Assembly: GCA_965541585.1 (NCBI GenBank)
Contig: CBEUCH010000007.1
Coordinates: forward strand, 48,962-112,961
Reading direction: 5' to 3'
From: an uncultured bacterium
GTDB taxonomy: Bacteria; Zixibacteria; MSB-5A5; UBA10806
DNA: 64,000 nt
The notes beneath the pieces were generated by a model. That model saw nothing but the letters and a program-made list of their open reading frames with translations. It had not been told where the DNA came from and did no database searches. How positions within the stretch are numbered: position 1 is the stretch's first letter; every line of letters begins with the position of its first letter. Position numbers and translations under genes: made by a program. Below, one piece after another: positions 39,172 to 49,971 of the stretch.

Positions 39172-39927
39172 ATGTTGAGTTTTTCAGATAAGATCGTATT
39201 AATAACCGGCGGGTCGCGAGGTATCGGCGCGGCCACTGCCAGGTTATTCGCCGAACTGGGTGCCGATGTTGCAATCAACTATTATGCGAATAAGCCGGAG
39301 GCCGAAAAGGTCAAAGCGGACATTGATAAAATGGGGCGGAAATGCCTGATCGTGGAAGCCGACGTCGGCAAAAGGGCTGATTGCGAGAACCTGGTCAAAG
39401 CCACTATCGCTAAATTCGGCAGACTCGATATCCTCGTAAACAATGCCGGTATCTGGACCGAGGCCGCCATCGAGGATATGACCGATGAGATCCTCGACCG
39501 CACCATAGATGTCAATCTCAAGGGCTGTTTCTACACCACCTCGGCGGCTGTTCCTTATATGAAAAAGCAGAAATCCGGCAATATAATCTTTGTTTCCTCC
39601 ACCGCCGCCCAGCGTGGCGAGGCCCGGCACTCTCATTATGCGGCAACCAAAGGCGCCCTGATATCGCTGACAAAATCGCTCTGCCCGGAACTGGCTACCT
39701 GTGGAATAAGAGTCAACTGCGTGGCCCCCGGATGGGTTGATACCGATATGAGTCATGATGCGCTAACCGGTTCCGACGGCCCCCAATATGTCTCGCTCAT
39801 ACCATTGGCCCGCGGAGCTGCAGCTGAGGAGCTTGCAGGGCCTATCGTTTTTCTGGCATCCGATTGGGCAAGCTTCATTACCGGCGAGGTTCTCAATGTC
39901 AATGGCGGCGCGGTACTTGCGGGATAG
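39172..39927 (+). CDS. SDR family oxidoreductase (3-oxoacyl-ACP reductase-like)
   Basis: TGGSRGIGAATA (TGxxxGxG), NNAG, and a YxxxK (YAATKGA) catalytic motif. Start set to ATG 39172 (MLSFSDKIVLITGG) because the upstream GTG at 39151 sits inside a hairpin. Confidence 0.85.
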   Translation: MLSFSDKIVLITGGSRGIGAATARLFAELGADVAINYYANKPEAEKVKADIDKMGRKCLIVEADVGKRADCENLVKATIAKFGRLDILVNNAGIWTEAAIEDMTDEILDRTIDVNLKGCFYTTSAAVPYMKKQKSGNIIFVSSTAAQRGEARHSHYAATKGALISLTKSLCPELATCGIRVNCVAPGWVDTDMSHDALTGSDGPQYVSLIPLARGAAAEELAGPIVFLASDWASFITGEVLNVNGGAVLAG

Positions 39928-40041
39928 CTATAGGCCGATATGTTCGCCGACCACCTTTTTGAACCTTTATAGTTGACATCCAATATCGCAAAAGATATTA
40001 TGGCGGATACGGATAATTGTAACGTGGGAAATTAGTTTTTT

Positions 40042-41016
40042 GTGGACGTTCTAATGGATTTTTCCAGCGTATTCGCCCCGATCTCCAACCAGTTAAAGGA
40101 ATTCGAGTCGGAATTAAAGAGAGCTCTTGAAACGGATTCTCCTATAATTGGTCGCATAACAGACCATCTTTATGGCTCGTCCGGAAAACGTTTGCGCCCG
40201 GCGCTTTTGTTTCTCGCCTCGGGAGAGAAGAACCAATCATCCCTTTACGCAGCCCTCGCGATCGAGTTGATTCATACTGCTACTTTGCTTCATGATGACG
40301 TGATAGACGAATCCATCACGAGGCGAAGCATCGAAACCGTCAACCATAAATGGAACAATCTTGTTTCGGTATTGATGGGGGATTACTTCTTTGCCAAAGC
40401 GTTCGGTATGCTGGTGAAATCCGACTCTCCCGGGCTTATGGAGACATTTGCCGAGGCTACGGAACGAGTCTCCATCGGGGAACTCACCCAGGAGTCTTAT
40501 ACCGGCAATTTCGATATCGCCGAAGAGACATACTTAAGCATAATAGGCGATAAGACAGCGTCGCTATTCGCCTGCTCGGCGGAGGCCGGCGCCATCTGTT
40601 CCGGGCAAAACGGTGATTTACGACGGGAATTGAGAAGCTACGGCGAGAATATCGGGCTGGCATTCCAGATTACCGATGATATTCTCGATTTGATAGGCGA
40701 AACCAAGAAAACCGGTAAATCGCTGGGATCGGATATACGCGAGGGCTGGGTTACTCTGCCACTGATAAAGGCTCTGAAAAATGATAATGGGAATTCCCGT
40801 GAGAGATTCAAAAAGATCCTGGGCGCTGATGTCGGCCAGGCGGACATCGCCGAGGTGGTGAATTTCGTAAGGGAAAATGGCGGAATTGAATATGCGGAAC
40901 AAAAGGCAAGACATTACGTTGAAAGGGCGGTGGATATTCTCGGCGGCCTTGATGGCCTGCCAATGAAACCGGCGCTGGAGGATCTTGCCACTCTGGCCGC
41001 CATAAGGGATAGATAG
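40042..41016 (+). CDS. ispB: polyprenyl diphosphate synthase (IspB-like)
   Basis: First DDxxD (LLHDDVIDE) and second DDxxD (ITDDILD) motifs of trans-isoprenyl diphosphate synthases. Confidence 0.88.
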   Translation: MDVLMDFSSVFAPISNQLKEFESELKRALETDSPIIGRITDHLYGSSGKRLRPALLFLASGEKNQSSLYAALAIELIHTATLLHDDVIDESITRRSIETVNHKWNNLVSVLMGDYFFAKAFGMLVKSDSPGLMETFAEATERVSIGELTQESYTGNFDIAEETYLSIIGDKTASLFACSAEAGAICSGQNGDLRRELRSYGENIGLAFQITDDILDLIGETKKTGKSLGSDIREGWVTLPLIKALKNDNGNSRERFKKILGADVGQADIAEVVNFVRENGGIEYAEQKARHYVERAVDILGGLDGLPMKPALEDLATLAAIRDR

Positions 41017-41042
41017 ACTTTAGACGTTGACGGGTAAGTCCT

Positions 41043-41075
41043 GGCCACTCTGTTCGATAGTATGAGTGGCTTTTT
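41043..41075 (+). terminator. rho-independent terminator after ispB
   Basis: GCCACTC-13 nt loop-GAGTGGC followed by TTTTTT. Confidence 0.6.
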
Positions 41076-41100
41076 TGTCGGATAAAGGTCGGTAACTTTT

Positions 41101-43245
41101 ATGGAAATAGCAGTATTATCAAGTCATTGGTTCTGGTATTCGATTTTTACATTAGCAGGGATCATAGTCGGTGTAGCATCATATCACAGAAGTTTTCCTC
41201 CATTGAGCCGGTTCTGGAGGATTTTTCTGGCCATCCTCAGGGGAGCCATGATTCTTCTTCTGGGGCTTTTCTTGATTGAACCTGTCCTGAATCTCTATTC
41301 GTCGAAACTGGTGCAACCCGTGCTGGCGGTTCTGGTGGACCATTCCAGGAGTATGGGCGTTACTCTTGAAGATGGATCAAGAATCGATCTGGCCGATAGT
41401 CTCAGTCGACAGATGCTGTCGGATCTTGAAAGCGACTATAAGCTCTTTTCGTTTTCGGACAGCATGTTTCAAATAGAGGATTTTCCGCCGACCTCAGATC
41501 TCCGCGGCGATGCCACATCGATCGTGCGCGCATTTCAGGATCTCGGCTCCAGGAAGGATTTCGACAGGTTCGGCGCGATTCTTCTGGCAACGGATGGCCG
41601 ACAGAATCTCGGAGGCGACCCGGTTAAAGCTGCAATGAGACTTAATATTCCGGTCCATACCCTGACAGTCGGGGAGAAAATCGGAGAATCCAATCTCGCG
41701 GTTGACGAGGTAATATCGCCTTCGGTTGTCTATAGCGGCGATGATTTCAGAATAGAAACACGCATAGGCGCCGAGGGGATCGAGGCTCAAAGATCAAGGG
41801 TCTATCTTAAGATCGGTAATAAGGTAATTACCGAAAGGCCTTTCGATATACCTCGTGAAGGGCGCAAGACGAAAATCGAGTTTGATATAAAAGCACCGGA
41901 GCCGAGCGATTATGAGTATGCTATTTCAACCCCCGTATTGGATCGGGAAGGAGAAAGTGCAGACAATGAGAGAATTTTCGCCGTCAAGGTGCTGAAGAAT
42001 AAAATCAGAATATTTCTCGGGTCGGCATCTTTGGACTGGGAATATAAATTTATCAACCGATCGCTATCAAGATTCGAGGAATTCGAGGTGGATGAGGTTT
42101 TTCCGGAAAGCAGCGGTAAATTTTCATCGCCCGGTGTTCCCAGAAGTTTAGAAGATCTCAAAAAATACGATCTGATATTGCTTGTTAACAGCTCGCCCGG
42201 GAAGCTGAGGATGATCGTATCCGATTTGAAAAAGTACGTAGAGGACGGCGGTTCGCTCATATATATGGCAGGCGCAGGTTGTCTTTCGGATATAGGCTCC
42301 TTTGACGATTTACTTCCGTTAGATCTGCGGAAACCTGAAATAACGGATGGCGAATTTTTCTTCGAGACCACACCAACTCGAAAGCATCATGCTGCGATCC
42401 TGCTTGACGATGATCCGGAAACGAGCCGCAGGCTGTGGAATTCGCTGCCACCGTTTGGCCGTCTTATCTCGGGTATTCGCCCGACCGGCGATCTGCTACT
42501 CGAAGCCAGACTCAGCCAGCGGGGCGATCCCGCGATCCCGGTGCTGACAGTGGGTAAGTACGGTCATGGCCTGGTGGCTGCGGTTACCGGATTCCCGATC
42601 TGGCGCAGCCATTTCGGGTCGGCAAAGGACGATAGACTTGCAAAGGCAATTCCAGGATTCTGGAAAAACCTCGCCAGATGGGCGACCGCCGGCGAGCGAT
42701 CCGAAAACTTCCGGATAATGACTAACCGCAAGGTGTATCGTCTCGGCGAACCGGTGCCTATGACCGGATACCTGTACGACGAGGCCAACCGCGCAAGAAA
42801 CGGTGCCCTGGTCCTGGTTTCAATCATCCCTGAGGGTGACGATGCCCCGATCAAGGACGCCGTTTTGACCCAATCAGGCAGCGGCATCTACACCGGAGAG
42901 ATATCATCGCTTCCAGCGGGAAACTATGTTTTCAATGCCGTGGCATCATCCTACGGAGATACAGTAGGTTCGACGTCGGGGGAATTCACGATAGAGAAAT
43001 CCAGCCTGGAGATGGCGTCACGTTCTCCCGATTACAACCTGACCCGCAGGATCGCGGAAGCGACGGGAGCAATCGCATATACAAAAGACGATTTCGAAAA
43101 GTTCTCCGGCGATCTGCAATTGACCCCCTATACCGAAGAGACTCACGCCCGGATAAGGCCGTTCGGCATGCCGCTGTTTTTGATTATTCTCTTGGCCGGC
43201 CTGACAATCGAGTGGGGTTTGAGGAAGAGATTCAGGCTGCCGTAG
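41101..43245 (+). CDS. BatA-like membrane protein with VWA (DxSxS) domain and C-terminal TM anchor
   Basis: Two N-terminal TM helices, then LAVLVDHSRSMGV (VWA MIDAS DxSxS); C-terminal LFLIILLAGLTIEWGLRKRFRLP anchor. Confidence 0.5.
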   Translation: MEIAVLSSHWFWYSIFTLAGIIVGVASYHRSFPPLSRFWRIFLAILRGAMILLLGLFLIEPVLNLYSSKLVQPVLAVLVDHSRSMGVTLEDGSRIDLADSLSRQMLSDLESDYKLFSFSDSMFQIEDFPPTSDLRGDATSIVRAFQDLGSRKDFDRFGAILLATDGRQNLGGDPVKAAMRLNIPVHTLTVGEKIGESNLAVDEVISPSVVYSGDDFRIETRIGAEGIEAQRSRVYLKIGNKVITERPFDIPREGRKTKIEFDIKAPEPSDYEYAISTPVLDREGESADNERIFAVKVLKNKIRIFLGSASLDWEYKFINRSLSRFEEFEVDEVFPESSGKFSSPGVPRSLEDLKKYDLILLVNSSPGKLRMIVSDLKKYVEDGGSLIYMAGAGCLSDIGSFDDLLPLDLRKPEITDGEFFFETTPTRKHHAAILLDDDPETSRRLWNSLPPFGRLISGIRPTGDLLLEARLSQRGDPAIPVLTVGKYGHGLVAAVTGFPIWRSHFGSAKDDRLAKAIPGFWKNLARWATAGERSENFRIMTNRKVYRLGEPVPMTGYLYDEANRARNGALVLVSIIPEGDDAPIKDAVLTQSGSGIYTGEISSLPAGNYVFNAVASSYGDTVGSTSGEFTIEKSSLEMASRSPDYNLTRRIAEATGAIAYTKDDFEKFSGDLQLTPYTEETHARIRPFGMPLFLIILLAGLTIEWGLRKRFRLP

Positions 43246-43376
43246 CTTGGATTTGTAGGTCGGGTTCAGAGCGAAGCGAGAAACCCGACAGGACGGTTGC
43301 CGAAACGGAAAGACAGTCTGAAAACCTCCCGGAGAAGTTCCCGACGGCATATAGATCTAATCCAAAAAAAGATTGA

Positions 43377-44735
<1,359 letters not shown>

Positions 44736-44740
44736 GTGAT

Positions 44741-45118
44741 ATGGCCAGGTATCCGAAAGTATCAAAAAAGTTCAAAAGCCGCCTGAAGAAATCGAAAATC
44801 AGGTCGCGACTCTTGATGTTCGGGATTATAACGGCCGCAGTATTTGTTATCCTCTCATTTTTCTGGGGTGAGTTCGGCTTTTTTAGAATATGGATTCTTT
44901 CAAAAAGGATTGAGAGGCTGGAAAGGGAGATAGCAACTTTACAGGTCGAACAGCAGGATCTGCTCTGGGAAATGGATAAGATGAAAAACGATCCCGACTA
45001 TATTAAGCGCTACGCTGTTGAAGAGTATGGTTATGCCCGGCCTTACCAGAATGTTATACAGTTCGTACCGGTCGATTCGACAGACACCGACGCCCCCGGG
45101 AAATCTCCCGATAAGTGA
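44741..45118 (+). CDS. ftsB: septum formation initiator (FtsB/DivIC family)
   Basis: Single N-terminal TM, a coiled coil (IERLEREIATLQVEQQDL) and a DPDYIKRYAVEEYGYARP C-terminus; sits directly after eno. Confidence 0.6.
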   Translation: MARYPKVSKKFKSRLKKSKIRSRLLMFGIITAAVFVILSFFWGEFGFFRIWILSKRIERLEREIATLQVEQQDLLWEMDKMKNDPDYIKRYAVEEYGYARPYQNVIQFVPVDSTDTDAPGKSPDK

Positions 45119-45130
45119 TCCTCGATCTCG

Positions 45131-45895
45131 ATGAGCCGTTTCAAAATCGAAGCCTTTGTTATTCGCACCACCCGGATGGCGGAATCGTCACGGGTCGTAA
45201 CACTGTATTCCCGGGAGGTCGGAAAGGTCAAGGCGGTGGCCAAAGGAGTCGGCAGGCCGAAATCGAAGATGTCCGGCTCAATCGGGCTGTTCAATCTCAT
45301 CGAGGGCGTGTTGTATAAAAAGGAAACCAGCGATCTGGGGACCTTAGGTTCGGCATCGGTTCTGCAAGATTTCAAGGAGATTGCGGCCGATCCGCGCAAA
45401 TTCGGCTTTGCATCGGCCTGGTGTGAGATTCTCGATAAAACATCTCATGCCGAGGAGTCGCAGCCGAAAACCTTCACGCTGACGCTTGACTATCTCGAAA
45501 CGTTGAATCAATCGAATCCCGAAGCATGCGGCCTGCTCTTCTGGAGCGGCGTTGTCAAGCTCCTGGAAATCGAAGGATACGCGCCCCGGCTGGATAAATG
45601 CGTATCATGCCGCATGGATAAAGTCAGTGGAAGACTCATGGTATCTTTGAGTCGCGGCGGGCTGGTCTGTGCTAAATGCGCGGACGCGGATGAACTCATA
45701 ATCGATCTATCTGATAATGTCCTTGCCCTGTTAAGGCGGATGGAATCAGAACCGCTCTCGAAAATATCTCAAATGTCCCATGATAAGAGAACAGGAAAAA
45801 AGGCGGCGGAGGTGATCATGGCATTCGCAACCTATCATCTTGGCTTGCCACGCAACCTGAAATCGTTTAAATTCCTCGAAAGCCTTGGCGACTGA
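45131..45895 (+). CDS. recO: DNA repair protein RecO
   Basis: N-terminal OB fold (EAFVIRTTRMAESSRVVTLYSREVGKVKAVAKG) and a C4 zinc motif CVSCR...CAKC. Confidence 0.85.
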   Translation: MSRFKIEAFVIRTTRMAESSRVVTLYSREVGKVKAVAKGVGRPKSKMSGSIGLFNLIEGVLYKKETSDLGTLGSASVLQDFKEIAADPRKFGFASAWCEILDKTSHAEESQPKTFTLTLDYLETLNQSNPEACGLLFWSGVVKLLEIEGYAPRLDKCVSCRMDKVSGRLMVSLSRGGLVCAKCADADELIIDLSDNVLALLRRMESEPLSKISQMSHDKRTGKKAAEVIMAFATYHLGLPRNLKSFKFLESLGD

Positions 45896-45943
45896 TTTCG
45901 GCAGGCAATGCTGATGATGCGAGACAATTCGAAAAATATTCGT

Positions 45944-46218
45944 AGGGGCGAGGTCACCTCGCCCCTAAAAGATGAATGGGCTGGGAGACGATGCCGCGGG
46001 GGTTTGATTAATCAAACCCCTACAATAAGACAGGAATCAAATAATACAGAATGAGTAGGTCGGGTTCCCTACGGGTCGTATGACCGAACGAAGTGAGAAA
46101 CCCGACAAAAGATGGATGCCGGACCGGGTCCGGCATGACAAGGTAAGGCGCTGTCATTCCCGCGAAAGCGGGAATCCAGAAGGCAAGCCTTTATGGATGC
46201 CGGATCAAATACGGACGG
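45944..46218. repeat. cluster of five short hairpin/palindromic repeat units (REP-like composite element, copy A)
   Basis: AGGGGCGAGGT/ACCTCGCCCCT (45944-45966), GGGGTTTGATT/AATCAAACCCC palindrome (45999-46020), GTAGGTCGGGTT...AAACCCGAC (46056-46106), TGCCGGAC-CGG-GTCCGGCA (46118-46136), ATTCCCGC-GAAA-GCGGGAAT (46156-46175). Confidence 0.7.
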
Positions 46219-46237
46219 GAGATTAGAGTGGTGAACT

Positions 46238-46939
46238 ATGGATAATTGCCGATTATGTAGGAAAGAACGCGAACTATGTGATTCACATATAATTCCCGAA
46301 TTTATGTATTCATCGCTTTATGATGAAAATCATAAGTTTAATCAACTTACAAAGGATCGAATTATTCCTAGGCCTTTAGGGATATATGAAAAAATGTTAT
46401 GTGAAGTCTGTGAAGGAAAACTCAACTTCTATGAGACTTATGTAAAAGAAGTATTGTATGGTGGAACCGAATTAGTTATTCGAGAATATAAAAGCCATAC
46501 GTCTTTTCTAAATATTGATTATAATAGGCTTAAGTTATTCCATATGAGTATATTGTGGAGGGCCGGAGTGACCGGGCGAGAGGAATTTTCGGATGTTGAG
46601 TTAGGGCAAAAGCATGAGGAAAAACTCAGAGCGATGATCAATAATGATAATCCGGGTAAGCCATATGAATATCCTTGTATAATCATGTATAATATAAACA
46701 GCACTCCTGAGATAAATCAAGGTTTAGTCACAAATCTCCATAAATCGCTCAGGTACGAGGGTCATATGGCATATAAAGTCTTTATGGCTGGTTGTATTTG
46801 GGGTTTCCTTGTGTCCTCACATACAAATAGAATTGATAACACAAGACACCTGTGGTTAGACAATAGGGGTTTAATAATACACAAAATCTCGGTAAGCCAA
46901 GAAAAGTTTCTACAAAATTTAATAAGTAAATTGGAATAA
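46238..46939 (+). CDS. hypothetical Cys-rich protein with HNH-like N-terminal motif (CxxC...DSHIIP...CxxC)
   Basis: MDNCRLCRKERELCDSHIIPEF...CEVCEGK; about 35% GC; no other recognisable domain. Confidence 0.45.
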   Translation: MDNCRLCRKERELCDSHIIPEFMYSSLYDENHKFNQLTKDRIIPRPLGIYEKMLCEVCEGKLNFYETYVKEVLYGGTELVIREYKSHTSFLNIDYNRLKLFHMSILWRAGVTGREEFSDVELGQKHEEKLRAMINNDNPGKPYEYPCIIMYNINSTPEINQGLVTNLHKSLRYEGHMAYKVFMAGCIWGFLVSSHTNRIDNTRHLWLDNRGLIIHKISVSQEKFLQNLISKLE

Positions 46940-46951
46940 GGGAGAATACAC

Positions 46952-48265
46952 GTGGCCAAAAAAAAATCGATAGACCCTCTAATGGATAAGCTGGTATCGC
47001 TCTGCAAGCGGCGGGGATTCGTATTTCAATCATCGGAGATATACGGCGGGCTTGGTTCCTGCTGGGACTATGGCCCCCTCGGCGTGGAGTTGAAGAATAA
47101 TGTCAAGCGTTCCTGGTGGGAGGCCATGACTCATCGCCGCGATGATATAGAGGGGATCGATGCCGCCATACTCATGCACCCCAAGGTCTGGGAGGCCTCG
47201 GGACATATCGAAGGTTTTACCGATCCGATGGTGGACTGCAAGCAGTGCAAACATCGTTTCCGCGCCGACGAGATCACAAAAGATCAATGCCCTGATTGCG
47301 GCGGGGAGTTAACCGAGCCGCGCATGTTCAACCTGATGTTTAAAACCTTCATGGGGCCGGTGGAGGAGGATGCTGCGGTGGTCTTTATGCGGCCGGAAAC
47401 CGCACAGGGTATCTATGTCAATTTCCATAACGTCCTGCAGCCGTCGCGGCAGAAGCTGCCGTTCGGTATTGCGCAGATCGGCAAGGCCTTCAGAAACGAG
47501 ATCACGCCCGGTAACTTCATCTTCCGCACCCGCGAGTTCGAGCAGATGGAGATGCAGTTTTTCGTGCACCCGTCGGAGGATGCCAAATGGTTCGACTACT
47601 GGAAAGATCAGCGCTGGGATTGGTATCTCGAACTGGGTATCCGCAAGGAGAAGCTTCGCTGGCACGAGCATGCAAAAGACGAGCTCGCTCATTATGCCAA
47701 AACCGCCTTCGATATCGAATATGAATTCTCATTCGGCTGGAAGGAGATCGAGGGTGTTCATAATCGCACCGATTTCGACCTCTCCCGCCATGCGGAGTCC
47801 TCGGGCAAGGATCTGCGCTACTTCGATCAAGCGCGCAACGAAAAATATCTCCCTTATATTATAGAGACCTCCGCCGGCGCCGACCGCACCACGCTTGTCG
47901 TCCTGGTTGACGCCTACCATGAAGAAGAGGTCAAGGGCGAAAAGAGGGTGGTTCTGAGGCTTTCGCCGAAGATCGCCCCTATAAATGCCGCCGTTTTTCC
48001 CCTCGTGAACAAAGAGGGGATGCCTGAGGTGGCCGAGAAAATTTATCACGACCTGAAAGAACATTTCAAGGTTTTCTACGATGGCGGCGGTGCGGTGGGG
48101 CGACGTTACCGCCGCATGGACGAGGCCGGCACACCGTTCTGCATCACCGTTGACGGCCAAACCCTCGAGGACGACACCGTCACCGTCCGCGAACGCGACA
48201 CCATGGAGCAGATCCGGCATAAGATTGGGGAACTGGTGGAGGTGATTGGGGAGAAGGTGAATTGA
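46952..48265 (+). CDS. glyQS: glycine--tRNA ligase (dimeric alpha2 type)
   Basis: [34 protein letters not shown] class II motif 1 region; 437 aa, consistent with alpha2 GlyRS. Confidence 0.93.
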   Translation: MAKKKSIDPLMDKLVSLCKRRGFVFQSSEIYGGLGSCWDYGPLGVELKNNVKRSWWEAMTHRRDDIEGIDAAILMHPKVWEASGHIEGFTDPMVDCKQCKHRFRADEITKDQCPDCGGELTEPRMFNLMFKTFMGPVEEDAAVVFMRPETAQGIYVNFHNVLQPSRQKLPFGIAQIGKAFRNEITPGNFIFRTREFEQMEMQFFVHPSEDAKWFDYWKDQRWDWYLELGIRKEKLRWHEHAKDELAHYAKTAFDIEYEFSFGWKEIEGVHNRTDFDLSRHAESSGKDLRYFDQARNEKYLPYIIETSAGADRTTLVVLVDAYHEEEVKGEKRVVLRLSPKIAPINAAVFPLVNKEGMPEVAEKIYHDLKEHFKVFYDGGGAVGRRYRRMDEAGTPFCITVDGQTLEDDTVTVRERDTMEQIRHKIGELVEVIGEKVN

Positions 48266-48325
48266 CCGTGCTCGCAGTTAATGTAGGCGTGTATCGCATT
48301 TGCTTCCGGGTTCAAGTATGAAAAT

Positions 48326-49306
48326 TTGGGCAAATCCATGAAATGGCACCTGACGGAAGATGAAATAGCAAAAACCCAGAAAGGCGATGAAAATGAATTT
48401 CGCCATTTCTTCGACGAAAGGGGATATTGCCCGTTGAAATTGGATGATGGATCGATAGGAAAAGCGCCTGATTACTCGTTAACCAACAATGGCCAAAGGG
48501 TAGTTGCTGAAATTAAGAGTAGATTCGGAGATCAAGAATACGAAAAAATATACTCAGAAATCGTAAGACGGATTAATGAACTCCCTTTTGGGTATGAATA
48601 TTACTTCACGCATCTTTATGATAAAATGCCTTCCAATGACGAATTTGATACACTTATTGCCCAGGTAAGCGAACGATTCAGAGCATTGACCAATAAAATT
48701 GAGCTTCCTTGGGATTTGTCGCAAGGATTATGGGAATATGAAGAGACGCTAACTGATTTAGGGCGTGCAGAACCTATGTCCGAAATTGAAAAGACCTTTA
48801 TTACACTATCTGGCAAAACCGCAAACGGGAAAATGCATTGTGACACATTGAGTAGAAGTCATCAAGGTTACCCCGGCTTGGGAGATAAGAGATATTTTGA
48901 AAAGCGATTTCGTGAGTCAAAGAAACAACTTAAAGAGTATATAGAATACAATGAGATTGTGGGAATAATATTTTTTAATCATTCAGACGTGACTTGGAGA
49001 TTATTTGACGTAATGGCATTATTTGGAGATTTAGACATTCAATTCAACCATGGCTCTCAAGTCGATACTTGGCTTATCAAATCTGGGAAAAACAAGATCA
49101 TTGGAATAGAAAAGAAAACATGGCTAAGCTATTTCGGATTTTGCGGATGTAATGAAGATGGCTCTTTTCTTACAATTTATCGAAATGGATTCGCTAAACA
49201 TGAGGTTCCCAAGGTTTATTTTCCAGAGCCTGAATGTAAAACATATACAATAGGTCCGTTTGATGAAAATGGGCGTTTCATTACTGATATTCCGTTTTTG
49301 CAATAG
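48326..49306 (+). CDS. hypothetical protein, possible PD-(D/E)xK nuclease-fold N-terminus
   Basis: E...APDYSL-x9-VVAEIKS resembles an E/PD/ExK arrangement; about 38% GC; otherwise unassigned. Confidence 0.4.
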   Translation: MGKSMKWHLTEDEIAKTQKGDENEFRHFFDERGYCPLKLDDGSIGKAPDYSLTNNGQRVVAEIKSRFGDQEYEKIYSEIVRRINELPFGYEYYFTHLYDKMPSNDEFDTLIAQVSERFRALTNKIELPWDLSQGLWEYEETLTDLGRAEPMSEIEKTFITLSGKTANGKMHCDTLSRSHQGYPGLGDKRYFEKRFRESKKQLKEYIEYNEIVGIIFFNHSDVTWRLFDVMALFGDLDIQFNHGSQVDTWLIKSGKNKIIGIEKKTWLSYFGFCGCNEDGSFLTIYRNGFAKHEVPKVYFPEPECKTYTIGPFDENGRFITDIPFLQ

Positions 49307-49533
49307 CGAGTAGCTGAGGTTCCGAACGTTGTGAGCGGACGAAGATCTTTATAAACCGGACACAATTCTGGATACCGGATTCCTACGGCCATACGGCCCG
49401 TAGGGATCCGTATGGACAAGTCCGGCATGACAGGAAAAAGGCCAAGGAAGTGGATGCCGGATCAAGTCCGGCATGACAGGGGTAGAGGGCTGTCATTCCT
49501 GCGGAAGCAGGAATCCACGCGCGAGCCAATAGG
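49307..49533. repeat. REP-like composite repeat cluster (copy B)
   Basis: Degenerate GAGTAG...GAACG...GACGAAG unit, GGATTCCTACGGCCATACGGCCCGTAGGGATCC hairpin, TGCCGGATCAAGTCCGGCATGACAGG and ATTCCTGC-GGAA-GCAGGAAT (49495-49514). Confidence 0.7.
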
Positions 49534-49818
49534 ATGAAAACGTATTATGTCTATATTATGGCAAGTCAAAAACATGGAACCCTATATATAGGTGTTACCA
49601 GCGATCTTAAGAAAAGAGTCTATGAACACAAAAACGACCTGATCGATGGTTTTACCAAGAAATATCAGGTGCATAGCTTGGTATATTGCGAGGCGGCCGA
49701 CGATGTCAACGCGGCGATAATTCGAGAGAAGCAACTCAAGAGATGGAAACGGCAATGGAAGATCGAGTTGATCGAGAAAGAAAATCCGGACTGGCGAGAT
49801 CTCTATGAAGACCTGTGA
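49534..49818 (+). CDS. GIY-YIG nuclease family protein (small, UPF0213-like)
   Basis: YYVYIMASQKHGTLYIGVTSDLKKRVYEHK is the GIY-(x10)-YIG motif with a conserved Arg, and a downstream Glu is present. Confidence 0.85.
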   Translation: MKTYYVYIMASQKHGTLYIGVTSDLKKRVYEHKNDLIDGFTKKYQVHSLVYCEAADDVNAAIIREKQLKRWKRQWKIELIEKENPDWRDLYEDL

Positions 49819-49845
49819 TTATTGCGCCCAATGGCTAGCTTATGG

Positions 49846-49931
49846 ATACCGCATCGAGTGCGGTATGACAAGGAGATGGCCAGGCTTCATGGATGCCGGA
49901 TTCCTACGGCCATACGGCCCGTAGGGATCTG
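49846..49931. repeat. REP-like composite repeat cluster (copy C)
   Basis: ATACCGCA-TCGAG-TGCGGTAT followed by GACAAGG (49846-49873), and GGATGCCGGATTCCTACGGCCATACGGCCCGTAGGGATC (49891-49929), identical to the core of copy B. Confidence 0.7.
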
Positions 49932-49971
49932 TAGGACGGGGATCTAGAATGACGAGACAAATATAAGCAAA

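Noticed and set aside
45896-46237. Interpreting repeat cluster A as a Rho-independent terminator for recO
   Set aside because: There are multiple different hairpins without U-tracts, and the same modules recur at two other loci. That is more consistent with a REP-like repeat family than with a single terminator.
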